Shown here piece by piece: positions 1-12,016 of a stretch of 27,032 nt of DNA. Position numbers and translations under genes: made by a program. The notes beneath the pieces were generated by a model that ran no database searches, was not told the origin of the DNA, and saw only the letters and a program-made list of their open reading frames with translations. Source of the DNA: Salpingoeca rosetta (Eukaryota; Protista; Choanoflagellata); the NCBI GenBank assembly GCA_033442325.1, contig JAWQFM010000028.1, positions 978,095 to 1,005,126 of the forward strand. The letters are read 5' to 3'. Every line of letters starts with the position of its first letter. The first letter of the stretch is position 1.

Positions 1-207
1 CAGCCCTGGATCACAGCGAGCAGCGACTCAACAGCTGAACGCGGCAGGACGACAAGGGGTGGCGGTGAGGCTGGGCAAGGCGAAAGTGGAGAAAGGAGAG
101 AAGCGACGAAGCGACATGTTCACACACAGACACACACACAGACACAGACACACACTCACACACTCACACGCGCACACCCCCCCTCTCTCTCTTGGCCTTG
201 AGCGCAC

Positions 208-535
208 CTTGTGTGGATGTATGTGGATTGTGGATCCTCCTCCTCAATCTGGGCGGCGCTGGCTTGCATAACGCGCATGAGGTCGTGTGCATCCGGCGCA
301 AACATGTCCTTGCAGACAGACACGCCCATCAGGCCGCGCAGCATGCGGTATTGCCTGTCGTTCGCGTGCTGGAGAATGTTCTTCATGAACGGCACAGAGT
401 CATTGTCGTAGTCCCTGAACCGCTCCTGCGCCACGTCGGCCAGCACATGCATGCCAACCAGAAACACGATGGCCACATCCTTGCTGCCGCTGCAACCAGT
501 GAGGAGTGCAAGCACACCATCACCTCATCAACTGC
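208..535 (-). pseudogene. IPO5: Degenerate importin-5 / karyopherin beta-3 HEAT-repeat fragment
   Basis: LADVAQERFRDYDNDSVPFMKNILQHANDRQYRMLRG-LMGVSVCKDMFAPDAHDLMRVM..EEEDPQSTY resembles IPO5 [75 protein letters not shown]. The conserved KTIECIS block is deleted. Upstream VDEVMVCLHSSLV lies in a different frame. The fragment ends at a GTGCGC donor at 207. Confidence 0.75.
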
Positions 536-2504
536 CGCTGTTGTTGTCATGGCGTGCAGCACCACCACAACAACCGCCACAATCACGGCCATTCTCTCTT
601 CAAACAACGGTGTGGTGGTCCACGGGCCAACAGCATCCAGCGCAGTGAGCTGCTTGAAACCGGCAGCGTGCAGTGACGGCTGTGGCCGCGGTGTGATGCT
701 TCGCTGGCAGAAGATGAGGTGGCGGAAAACAGCAGCAGTTGTGGTTGAAGCTGAGGTGATTGAGATGGGCAGGGAGAAGCACAGCTAGCAGCAGCGGGAA
801 ACTGGCTGGCAAAGGGCCTTGAGTGCAGCGCCACAACGCCGCGCAGGACAGCAAGCAGTGCAGCTGTTGCTGTGTCAATGTGGTGTGGTTGACGATGGCG
901 TGAACACGCATGCATGCACACACACACACACATGGCAGTGTCGGGGACGGTGATGATGATGTGGCAGGTTGAGGTGGGGCCACGTGCTGGCAGCACTCAA
1001 TCACAGCAAAGGTGCAATGCTGGTGGCTGTCAGTGGCTGCGGTTGGTTGATGCGGCGTTGCGGCGACGATGTGTGTGGGTGGTTGGCTGTAGCAGCAGAG
1101 CCTGCGCTGGGTCGGAATCCGTGTGTGCACGCGTGCAACGGGAGGGTGGGGGAGCAAGATGCAGGCGCTCCACTGGGCGGGGGTGATGCGACCTGTGTGC
1201 AGACAAAAAAGGAGACAAGGGAGAACTGACAATGAGAAGCTGTCGTGCACGACGTGCCAGTGTAGCCCTGCATCAGCACAGTGGGGAGATTGAATGGTGT
1301 TGTGTTGACGAGGGGTGATCGGTGTGCGTGGTTGCTTCGACATGCGGGAGGGGCAACGAGTGCAAATGAATTCAATCACACACGCACACCCACACACACC
1401 TCTTGTGTGGCGCTGGGAGCGATGCCTGCTGGTGCGTGTCAACCAGCAGTGCCAGTGGTGTCAGCCATGGCGGCATGGAAGCGGAAGTGTGGTGGTGGGA
1501 TTCTTCACCTCAGTGCACATTCCAGCCACCACGCTGGAGACCACGAGCTGGCTCACTGTCTCCGTGCCCGTGCATGGCACCGACCGCCGTATGGCAGCGG
1601 TGATGACAATGTCAGAGGCCTGCTCTGAAGCAAGCACACATCGTGACAGGGGTAAAGGAGAGAGAGAGTGTGTGTGGGGTGTGGGGGGGGGGTGGGGTGT
1701 GATGGACGAGGGGAGGTGGTTGACAAGGACAAGGACATGCCGAGGGGATAAGTGGGGGAGGAGGAGTGCAAACTGTGGTGTGCATGTCGCGGCACGCAGC
1801 GCACTGAGGTACAGTGCAGTGGAGTGGAAATCCCAGGCAACACTCCCACCCCCATCAGCCACACACATACCGAGACAGAGCGAGAGAGAAGGTAGTGCCT
1901 CTTGTTGCCGTGGCACACGGTGATGGCACGCGCTCAAGGACACGGTGCTGTCATTCAAGCCACCATCATTATCCTCATCGTCAGCCTGCAAAACAGGTGG
2001 TGGTGGTGAAGATGAAGACGCGCAGCGTTGCAGCCAAAGGCAAAGGGGGGAGGTGGGAGGCATGTGACTTGAAACGTGTGAGTGAGGGGGGGGGGGTGGG
2101 GAAGAGATGGTGTGCAGAGAGCAGGTCAAGCAAGGGGTGTGCAAGGGAATGAAAGGGAGAGTGGACTGCGAGGAAGAGAGGAACAGTGTAAAGGAGGGCA
2201 GAGCAGTCAGTACAACACACACGCACGCACCACGTGGTGGACGTGTCGCTCGTCCAAGCGGAGTGAATGAATACACGTCTCTTTGTTTGGCTTGCTCGCT
2301 CGCTTGTGTGCCTGCTCGTCTGCTTGATTGCTTGATTGATGGATTGCTTGTGTCATTGTCATCATCAGCAATATCCCCCTGCTACTCCCTGCTGCTCCCT
2401 GCTGTTGTTGTTGTGGTTGCGGCTGAGTGTGACCAAACCACCACCGCCAACCACCACGACGCACCTCCCCATCCATCCCTTTTCCTTTCGTCGCAGCGAA
2501 TGCA

Positions 2505-2642
<138 letters not shown>

Positions 2643-2985
2643 ATTGCGTGCAACCAGCCACGACAAACGGCTGTTGTGCGTGTTTGTGCAGAAGGAGACG
2701 GGGAAACCTGAAATCAGTCGATGACACGACTGTGGAGATGTGGCAGCCCAAACTCGCTTGCTTGCACTCGCTTCTTCTTCTTCTTCTTGTTCTCTTTGGT
2801 GCAGTGCACACAGCTAGGCACGGCAAGGCAAGGCAAGGAAGGAAGGAGGGGGTGATGTGGCAGTCACCGCAACAGCAGCATGGGGGAGAAGAGAGATGTG
2901 GGAGAGGGGAAGAGAGGAGTTGTTGGTGATCGCTACCCAGTCACCAACAGCCAACCAGACCAATGTGGCAGAAAGGTCTCTGACA

Positions 2986-3000
2986 CTCACACACACACAT

Positions 3001-3063
<63 letters not shown>
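2986..3063. repeat. (CA)n microsatellite
   Basis: Read directly from the sequence. Confidence 0.95.
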
Positions 3064-3065
<2 letters not shown>

Positions 3066-4078
3066 CACACAAACATGCACACAAAGTAGGCGTCACGTCA
3101 ACGATCCCCAGGTGAGCCAACACACATCATGCCCACTGTTCCTCCCTCGACTTCTGCTTCTTGTTCTTCTTTTTCTTGGGCACTATTCGTTCGCTCCATG
3201 CGTCAGGCAACCAAGTATGTGAACGTGGGACGCGGTGTCCTGTTTGTGGTGACAGTGCTGTCGGTTGTTGCTGTTGCTGTCTTGTTGTGGGTGTGGGTGT
3301 GGACTCCCTTCTTTCCTTCTTCTTGTGGCACAAGGATGTGTGCAGGGGGCTGCGCGCCTGCTGAAAGTGGTGGTTTCGTCGTCGTCAGGTCGTTGACGCG
3401 AACAGGTGTGCTGTTCTCTTGTGATTGGACAAGGCAGTGGCCTGCAGAAACCTAACGACGCCCGTGAGAGTGCACTGGCAACACTTGCCGCTGACATACG
3501 CACACCACAAGGCAAGCGACAAGCAGTGTTATTCACGGCCACCTGCGAGGTGGGTGCAATCACACCTCCGCTCTGTGTGTGTGTGTATCAGTGCACGGTG
3601 GTGATCCGATTTCCAAACCACAACCACTGCTGTCGCTGCTATCACTGCTGCTGCTGCTGGTGCTGCTGCTGTTGGCACGTGTATTCTCACGGATGCATCG
3701 TCTCTTCCTCCCACGCAAACAATTAACAGACAGGAATCGGCAAGTGAGAGTGGTGGAGACCAAGGCACCAGCAACACAGAAGGACACGTTTGAGTGGGAC
3801 GCACCCCCACAGCGGTACCGGAGCGAGCAATCACAGCATTTGCGCTGACATGGGTCAGTCTTCTCTCGTGATCACAGTCACACATCATTCATCCCCCAGG
3901 TTGCAATCAAGTCAGTTTACATGGTATGTACGCTGTAGGTGCTCATCACCTGCCCCATGCACACGTGGTTTTCACACACACACACACACCCCACAACAGC
4001 CCGCTTGCGCGGCATCATCTCGCTGGACATGCGTGATGCGCGATGATGGAATGCCCACGTCTCAACATGACAGTGAGC

Positions 4079-4109
<31 letters not shown>

Positions 4110-4826
4110 CTGTCTGTCTGTCTGTCTGTATGTGTGTGTGTGTGTGTGTGCGCGCGCTTCTCGTTACGCTCGGCAACCGTGTGATGACGGCTCATCACTC
4201 TTGCGCACGTTCCCTCGCTCACTGCAACACCCATCTCGCCACCGTTAACGACCAGGTTGCCATCCACTGGATGCCCTTGATTGAGTCGATGGAGCAGAGT
4301 GTTGGTGACATTGGCAAGGTGCTGCTCGTGGCGGGACAGAGCGAATGCTTTCAAAAGTATGCGCACACTGTATGTGTAGGCGTGTGTGCATATGTGACGT
4401 CGACGTGGTCATTCTTCCATGCGTCTGCTGTCTGTTATTCGTGTGCCATCGTTTGATCTTGAGCTACGATGTATTGCCCTAATCTCTGTTCCTCGTGCGT
4501 GTTTGGCCACAGAGTAGGCCTTCAGCTGAAGAGAGGAAGGGGGACGCTGCTCCGGCACAAGGATGATGGTGACATGAGGTGCGACCACCAAATTGTGTTG
4601 TTGTTGCAGGTGCATTGCGGCCGACGCCGCCGCCGCCGCCGCTGCTGCTGCTGATGCTACTGGTGTGTACCTGCACACACTGAACCACTCATCAATCGCT
4701 ATCGTCTTGCAATCCTTCTGTGCGGTTCTCTTCGCGGCTTCGTCTTCACAGCTTCATGTCTGCCGAAGAGAATGAACTCTTTGACCCAGTGCGTGTGTTT
4801 GTGTGTGTGCGCGTGTGTGTGTACCC

Positions 4827-4873
<47 letters not shown>

Positions 4874-5572
4874 CATGCGTGCAGCGGTTCGTTGCAGATA
4901 TCTCCCAACACTCCTCCCATCCCCTTTCATCCGCGCGCCTCACCACACAACAAACGCACCCATCGTCTCGACCACCACCACCGTTTACAGGACGCACTGC
5001 CCCGAGATGCCGCTGCACCATCGCACTGCCAATGGCGGTCCTGATGTCAGGGATCACCGCACGGCATATCCATCGATCCTCTTCGCACGTGCCCATCGTT
5101 CAAGGTGAAGACCCACCAACACAGCAACAACAACAGAAACGACGTGGCATGAGGTGCAACCGAAGCATAACGACCTCACACTCTCTGTCTGCCCGTGTGT
5201 TATGATTGCGTGTTCATGCGTGCGCGCATCTATGGCAGGTGTACGTGTATCCTCTGACTGCTGATGAAGAGGCCGCCCTTGCCAGCCATCGACCGCGCCA
5301 TCCGAACCGCCATCCATGACGGCCGTACAGCACCGATGACCTGTCCAAGGCTTGCCTCTTCGTTCCAAGCACAGACGTACCGTGCTGGTGTGAAGGTGTG
5401 TGTGTCTGTGTGTGTGTGTCTGTGTGTGTGTGAGTGAGTGTGCGTGCGTGTGTGTGTGCGTGCGTGTGGTCCCGTCCGTACAGATGGACTTTCCTTCCCA
5501 CGGCACTCTACAATCAAACACCTACCTCATGTGTGTGTGCGCGCGCGAGGTGAATGGAAAAATTGCATGACA

Positions 5573-5672
5573 NNNNNNNNNNNNNNNNNNNNNNNNNNNN
5601 NNNNNNNNNNNNNNNNNNNNNNNNNNNNNNNNNNNNNNNNNNNNNNNNNNNNNNNNNNNNNNNNNNNNNNNN
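5573..5672. other. Assembly gap (100 N)
   Basis: Exactly 100 N, a typical placeholder for a gap of unknown size. Confidence 1.
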
Positions 5673-5869
5673 GCTTGTGAATGAAAGATTACATGCACGA
5701 CAAGTACTCTGACAACATTGAGTCGATTCATCCCGTGAGCGCAGCCATCGAGCGCAATCTCTCCAGCTGAGGTGGTGGTTTGTTGTTGCTTGTAGTGCTG
5801 GTGGTGCTGGTGGTGCTTGTGGTTCTTGGTGTCGTGCGTGTGAGAGGACCTGTGTTCATGGCTGCCTTC

Positions 5870-5924
<55 letters not shown>

Positions 5925-6651
5925 CAATACATGTGATGCATGGCAGACTTGCGTATTGGAATGAGGGCCGCAACCACATCCTGTTTGAGTACAGCGACGC
6001 ACCATGTCTCCCCTGGGATGCAGAACACGGCATTCTTGCAAAGGTACAATGTGTATGTGTGTGTTGGAACATGACTGTGCGTGCCTGCGCTCACCATCTA
6101 CGACTGCTGTTGCTTGCCGCCTTGTTTCGCATCACCACCTGCATCAGGTTGGCCTAAGTGCATTCCACCACCGTGATGGCCTCGACGTGTCCATGTCACT
6201 CTTCTCCATGGTGACATTCATTCATTCACACCGGAGCAGCGACGCGTTCCGCCCGCGCAAACAGGATATACCTCGTCACCTTCAGGTCTGTGCATGCGTG
6301 TGTGATGTGACGTGGTGCGGTGTGGGGTTCGATGTTTACTGCTGCTGCTGCTGGGTTTCGAGGGGTTGGTGTCGCTCCCTGCACCACCACTCGCGCTTCT
6401 TGTTCCCCTGCAATCTCACTCAAAACCTGTTGTGGTGCGGCTGCTTGACATGTGCCTTCTTTCCCTGTTGTACAGGCGCACTACCAAGTCTGCTCGCTCT
6501 GATGCCATGCGCAACCACCTCCCCAAGCTGCACAATGGCAGGTGTAGTGTGCTGCGCGTGCGATGTGTTTTTTGTTATCGTGTTCCGTGTGTGTGTCGTG
6601 CGTTGCCTCGGATTCAACTGGCGTTGGTGCTGTGTGTGTATCTGTCTGGAT

Positions 6652-6690
<39 letters not shown>

Positions 6691-6907
6691 CGTCTCTTTG
6701 TACGTTTGCTTGTGTATGCGCATTGTGTTGGTGTGCGCGTGCCGTGCCGGTGGTTTCTTGGCGAGGAGCGCATGCGCCGTCAGGGGGAAGGTTGGACATG
6801 ACCCCTCAGAGGAAGAGTTCAACAAGTAGTTCAACGAGTACACGTACACGGAGACCAAGTTTGGGCTCATCGTTTGGGCTCATCGTGGAAGGATCCCCTT
6901 CAGTGGC

Positions 6908-7051
<144 letters not shown>

Positions 7052-7197
7052 TGCAGACGATTTCGGTCCTGTTCGTGCTCTCACCCACCTTCCACCTCCC
7101 GCCACCCCCTTTCATGCCTCATAGATCGTGGCTGCGGGTGCCCTCCCCGTCATTGTCGTCGATGAGGAGGGGGGGAGTGTTATGTATGTATGTATTT

Positions 7198-7225
7198 GTG
7201 TGTGTGCGCATGTGTGTGTGCGTGC

Positions 7226-7277
<52 letters not shown>

Positions 7278-7317
7278 GTGTGTGTGTGTGTGTGTGAGTG
7301 TGTGTGTGTGTGTGTGT
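7198..7317. repeat. Interrupted (GT)n microsatellite
   Basis: Read directly from the sequence. Confidence 0.9.
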
Positions 7318-7457
7318 CCCATCTCCCTCGTCTAGAACCACTAGAGGGTTTTAGAAAACCATGATGGCGTAAATGATTGTCACCCTCACCTGACACAGAA
7401 TACAACGAGAGCAACAACACCGAAGGCAACTGCGAACTAAGAATGAAAGGACACGAC

Positions 7458-7557
7458 NNNNNNNNNNNNNNNNNNNNNNNNNNNNNNNNNNNNNNNNNNN
7501 NNNNNNNNNNNNNNNNNNNNNNNNNNNNNNNNNNNNNNNNNNNNNNNNNNNNNNNNN
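7458..7557. other. Assembly gap (100 N)
   Basis: Exactly 100 N. Confidence 1.
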
Positions 7558-7792
7558 GACTGTGTTCCCATATCTAGCTCAAGGCAAATGATGCGACGTT
7601 CTCGTGTTCATTTCTTCCTCTCGCACCCACACCACACTCTGTGCCCTGTGAGAAGTTCAGCCTATGCATTCGCCGAACACATGGTCCTCAACTGTGGTGT
7701 CATATCGTTGACCTGGGGTCGTGAATGTATTTGTGAGGGGTGATAACGTGTGAGTGGGGATAGTGGTTGGTGATGGCTCGCACATCATGTCG

Positions 7793-7794
<2 letters not shown>

Positions 7795-7872
<78 letters not shown>
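7795..7872. repeat. (CA)n microsatellite in an intron of the exostosin pseudogene
   Basis: Read directly from the sequence. Confidence 0.95.
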
Positions 7873-7874
<2 letters not shown>

Positions 7875-10172
7875 TAAACACACACAACTCTGCGTTTAGC
7901 TTCCGAGGATCCTGCGGTCGATCTCAGATGAGGTGGTGGAGATGATGCGGAGACGCGTTGTGTTTGTGTTTGAGGAGTTCTTCAAGTCTCTCTCTACCCA
8001 AGTGCACACGGGTGAGGGAGGGAGTCATTGGGACAGGGGGCTGTCGAATGAGTGTGGCGACGTTTGTGGTGTGGTGTGTGCGTGGCCTGCTTGTTCTCGT
8101 GTCCGTTCAACCACTCTCACCATCTGCCAACTCGTGTGTCATGACTGTGCTATTTGCTACTGTCAGCGCTGCTGGAGTCTGCCAGGATCAACCTGTTCAG
8201 CGGTGACAACGCGTGGCAGGTGCGTGCGTGCGTGCGTGTGTGTGGGTGTGTGTGTGTGTGCGTGTGTGTCGACGTGCATGTGCTCTTCTCCACCCACCCC
8301 ACGCCATCATCACCACCCCCTCATGTCCTTGTGTGTTTGCTCACATCCTTCCCTCCTTCCCATCCTCAACACCACCACCACCACCACCCTCCACACTTGC
8401 TCGTTTCCCCTTCTTTCTGCTGTCGCCACACAAGAGGGCCCTTGAGCCAGCAGCTGTCACCCCTCCATCAACCACCACTGCTCTGGCGGGATGAACAGAC
8501 GGGCGCTGCCATGTGATGACCATTCAGCCACGCTTGTGCGGCTGTGGAAGCAGCAGCACCAACTCACACCACAAAGCAAGCAAGCAAGCGATGAGCAACG
8601 TGAGTGCATCGTCCGCACGTGTGTGTGATGTGCACAGCAACAGTGCATGTGTTTTGTGATCGTTGTCTTTGTTGCTCCTGTCTCCCCTTGTTGTCCCACA
8701 TCAACATCAATGTACATGCATGTGTGTGGTGCAGCTGCCTGTATTGCTTTGCTTGATGCGCTGTCTCATTCTTGTGTTCTCACACACAACTGCCTGCACA
8801 CATTCTCCACCTTGCAGTCACTGTTCGTCTTTCCCTCTCTTTCTCGCCCTCCCTGGCGGCCATCACAACAACAACAACAGCAGCAGCAGCAGCCAACACA
8901 CCCTCTACCGCCGATGCAGCAGCAGCAGAGGATGCACCACCACCACCGCTTGCCGCTGAACACATTCCCCAGCCAACCAACCAACCAACCAACCCACCGC
9001 CCACTGCTGCTGCTGGCGGAAGCTGGCTGTTTGCAGCTGGGAACAGGTGGCGACAGCACAAGTTGCATTTTCGGCTGGAAGCAGCAGCAGCGGAGGTGGG
9101 GCGAAGAAGAGGGGAAAGGGAGAGGAAATGTGTGTTGGATGGATGGATGGATGAGGTGGGGTGAGGAATGCTGGGTGAGTGTGGTGTGGTGTGACTGGCT
9201 GGCTGGTGACAGAGGATGGTGGTGTGTGGTGGTGGTGTGGGGAAGATGAATGGATGGATGGATGGGGTGCAGCATGTCTTGTTCCTTCCCTTCTGTTTTC
9301 TGTTGTCTCCCTCTTCCCTTTCTTCTTCACACATATGCATGCACAGCATCAGCAGTGGCAGCAGCGGTGTGGCTGCGCACATATCCATGCTCCCTCTTCT
9401 CCCTCCCACTCACTCACCATGCTGGGGCTCGCACACAAATACATTTACAGGCGATGCACACTCGCAAGCAGCAGGATGAGGGAAATGTCGAGGCTACTTG
9501 TCACGCGTGCCAGGTGCACTCGCCTCACACATGGTATGTGGGTGGGGATCGGTGTTTGGTTGGTGGTGTGATAGGGTGCGGTGATGGTGCTGGGGTGCGG
9601 TAAAGCGAACACGAGGGAAGGGGGTTGATGGGGGATGATGATCACACACACTGGCACACACACGCACGCCCGTGTTGCGTGTGATGTCACTCACTCGTTC
9701 TGCTGTGCTGACATGATGGCTTACTCTGTGTCTGTTGTGTTGTGTTCCCATCCACGTTCCCTGCAACCACACACACACGTACACATGCACAGGTGGTGAG
9801 GTGCCAGCACACATCAGGATGTTGATGGAAGCGGGCTCGCATGCCGGCTGCTGCTGTGTTCATGCAGTGTTCCCATATGCGTGAGCAAGGTGAGTCCATT
9901 ATGGATGCTTTGGTTGGCACATGGCGCGTGTGTTGTTGTTGTTGCTCTGGGTGTGCTTGTTGTTGCTGCTGCTGTGCCTGGTGTATCAGCGTAGCTGCGC
10001 CGCTCACATGCCATGTGTGTGTGCTTGTGGCTGCAGGGGGGCGACTGTGTGAGGATCGTCGGAGGATGATGGGCGGTGCACACATGATGATGGGTTGGGA
10101 GGAGCAGCTGTGGACACACACGTCCATGGTCATGGTGGCCACATCCAACCACAGCGACGCAGTCATGCGCAG

Positions 10173-10190
10173 GTGTGTGTGTGTGTGTGC

Positions 10191-10225
<35 letters not shown>

Positions 10226-10245
10226 CGTGTGTGTGTGTGTGTGTT

Positions 10246-10299
<54 letters not shown>
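10173..10299. repeat. Interrupted (GT)n microsatellite
   Basis: Read directly; starts at a CAG|GT donor-like site. Confidence 0.9.
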
Positions 10300-10301
<2 letters not shown>

Positions 10302-11916
10302 GTGATGGTGGGGCGAACAGGAGGAAAGCAAAAGAGAGGGGGCAGCAGGAAGGTGAACACGCTTGCTGTGCTCACATGCCATACCCGTGCCTTGTGTGTG
10401 ATGTCGTTGTGTCTTGTCGTTGTGTGTTGGTTGTACGGGCACCAGGGCCACATCAGAGGAGGGGGAAGCAGCCGCCATGAACGACACATCGACATCAACC
10501 TTCCCCATTTCTCTCTTCTTTCTCTCTCTTCCACCTCAGCTCCGCTGTCACCATCACCACCATCATCGCCATCGACTGCACAGCCGCCATCACACGCCGG
10601 CCGACACCAGCCCCAATCTGGCGTGAGGCAGACATTGCACATGTCACTCGCTCTGATGAAGAGGTGAGCAATGTGTGTGCGTATGCGTGCATGGTGGTGG
10701 GATGAGTGGAGACAACATGTGTGTGTGCGTGGATGTGTATCAGTGCGGGTGGGTCGAAGGGGCTGGCGTGTGGCTGATGATGCTTCGCTGTCAACCTCAC
10801 TCCCTCCATTCTCCCCCTTCTTGTGTCTGTGCACACATGTTTCACAGCGTTGAAGAGGCGCATGAAGCGGTGGAACCAACGAAGATGACAATGACGAGCG
10901 ATGCAGGTGAGAGGGCGACTGAGATATGTGTGTGTGTGTGTTGGTTGACATGTTGTGCTTCCTTCTTCGCCTCTCTCTTTCCTTGTCTGTTCTGTTCACT
11001 CATGTGTCTTTTCTTCTTCTTCTCTCCTGTTTTTCGATTGATTTGGACACAGGGCCATGTATCTCGTCTCCATCCAACCGACCAACCGAGCAGCTGAGTG
11101 AGCGAGCAAAGGACACGGCGTGGCAAGGGGCCGTTTGCTTTCACCGTTTCCACCACCAGCAACAGCAGCACCAACACAGCTGTTGATGTGTGGCTGCATT
11201 TTAGATGAACTGGCCCTCTGCCTCTTGTCCATCTCCTCCTGCTCGTCGTCGTCGTCATTGGTCGCCAACAGCAGCGGTTGCGACCATGGATGTGGAGGTG
11301 AGATGAATGGCGGTGGTTGTGGTGATGATTTGGGTGGTGTGTGATGTGTTGGGTGTGAACATCAGCATGTCGTATGTGTGTGATTCTGAAGTGCTGATTG
11401 GATGTCGTTGGGTCTGTTGGTGGTGGCAATGGGTTTTGTTGTCGTTGATATCCTGATTCTGAGACAACTCACCTCTTTCTCCACACGCACACGTTCAGGG
11501 TGTGATGTGCGTCGATGTGCTGTTGCCTCGCATGACGACGATGATGGTGGTGGTGAGTGATTTGTGGTGGATGTAGACGGCGCACGCACAGACGCATGTG
11601 CAGATGTGCTGCTTGTGGTGGTGGTCGTGGTGGTGTGTATCTGTGTTTGGGAATGTGACATGTGCGTGCACAGGTGGTGATGTGAGTGATGTGAATGTGG
11701 CACAAGGAGGTGGATGTGGTTTGTTTCTGTCATGCTGGCTCACTGCGTGGTGTCATTCTTGCTGATTTGGTTCTTTGTGGTTGCGCATGTGTACATGTGT
11801 GTGATTTTGCGCAGGGCGGTGGCCGTTCTCTTCCCAAGCCCTCATGACACGACCAGAGCGATACACGCACACACGAATGTGTCAGAAAAGAAGGCGCAAG
11901 GTGAGACGTTGGCGCT

Positions 11917-11942
11917 GTGTGTGTGTGTGTGTGCGTGTGTGA

Positions 11943-12015
<73 letters not shown>
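11917..12015. repeat. Interrupted (GT)n microsatellite
   Basis: Read directly from the sequence. Confidence 0.9.

Positions 12016-12016
<1 letters not shown>

Noticed and set aside
4256-4356. RhoGEF (DH)-like look of SVGDIGKVLL..CFQKY
   Set aside because: The exon splices in phase into the exostosin pseudogene chain, and no other DH motifs are present.
5042-5044. In-frame TGA in a Cys-rich context as possible selenocysteine or readthrough
   Set aside because: The same gene carries frameshifts and destroyed splice sites, so simple pseudogenisation explains it.
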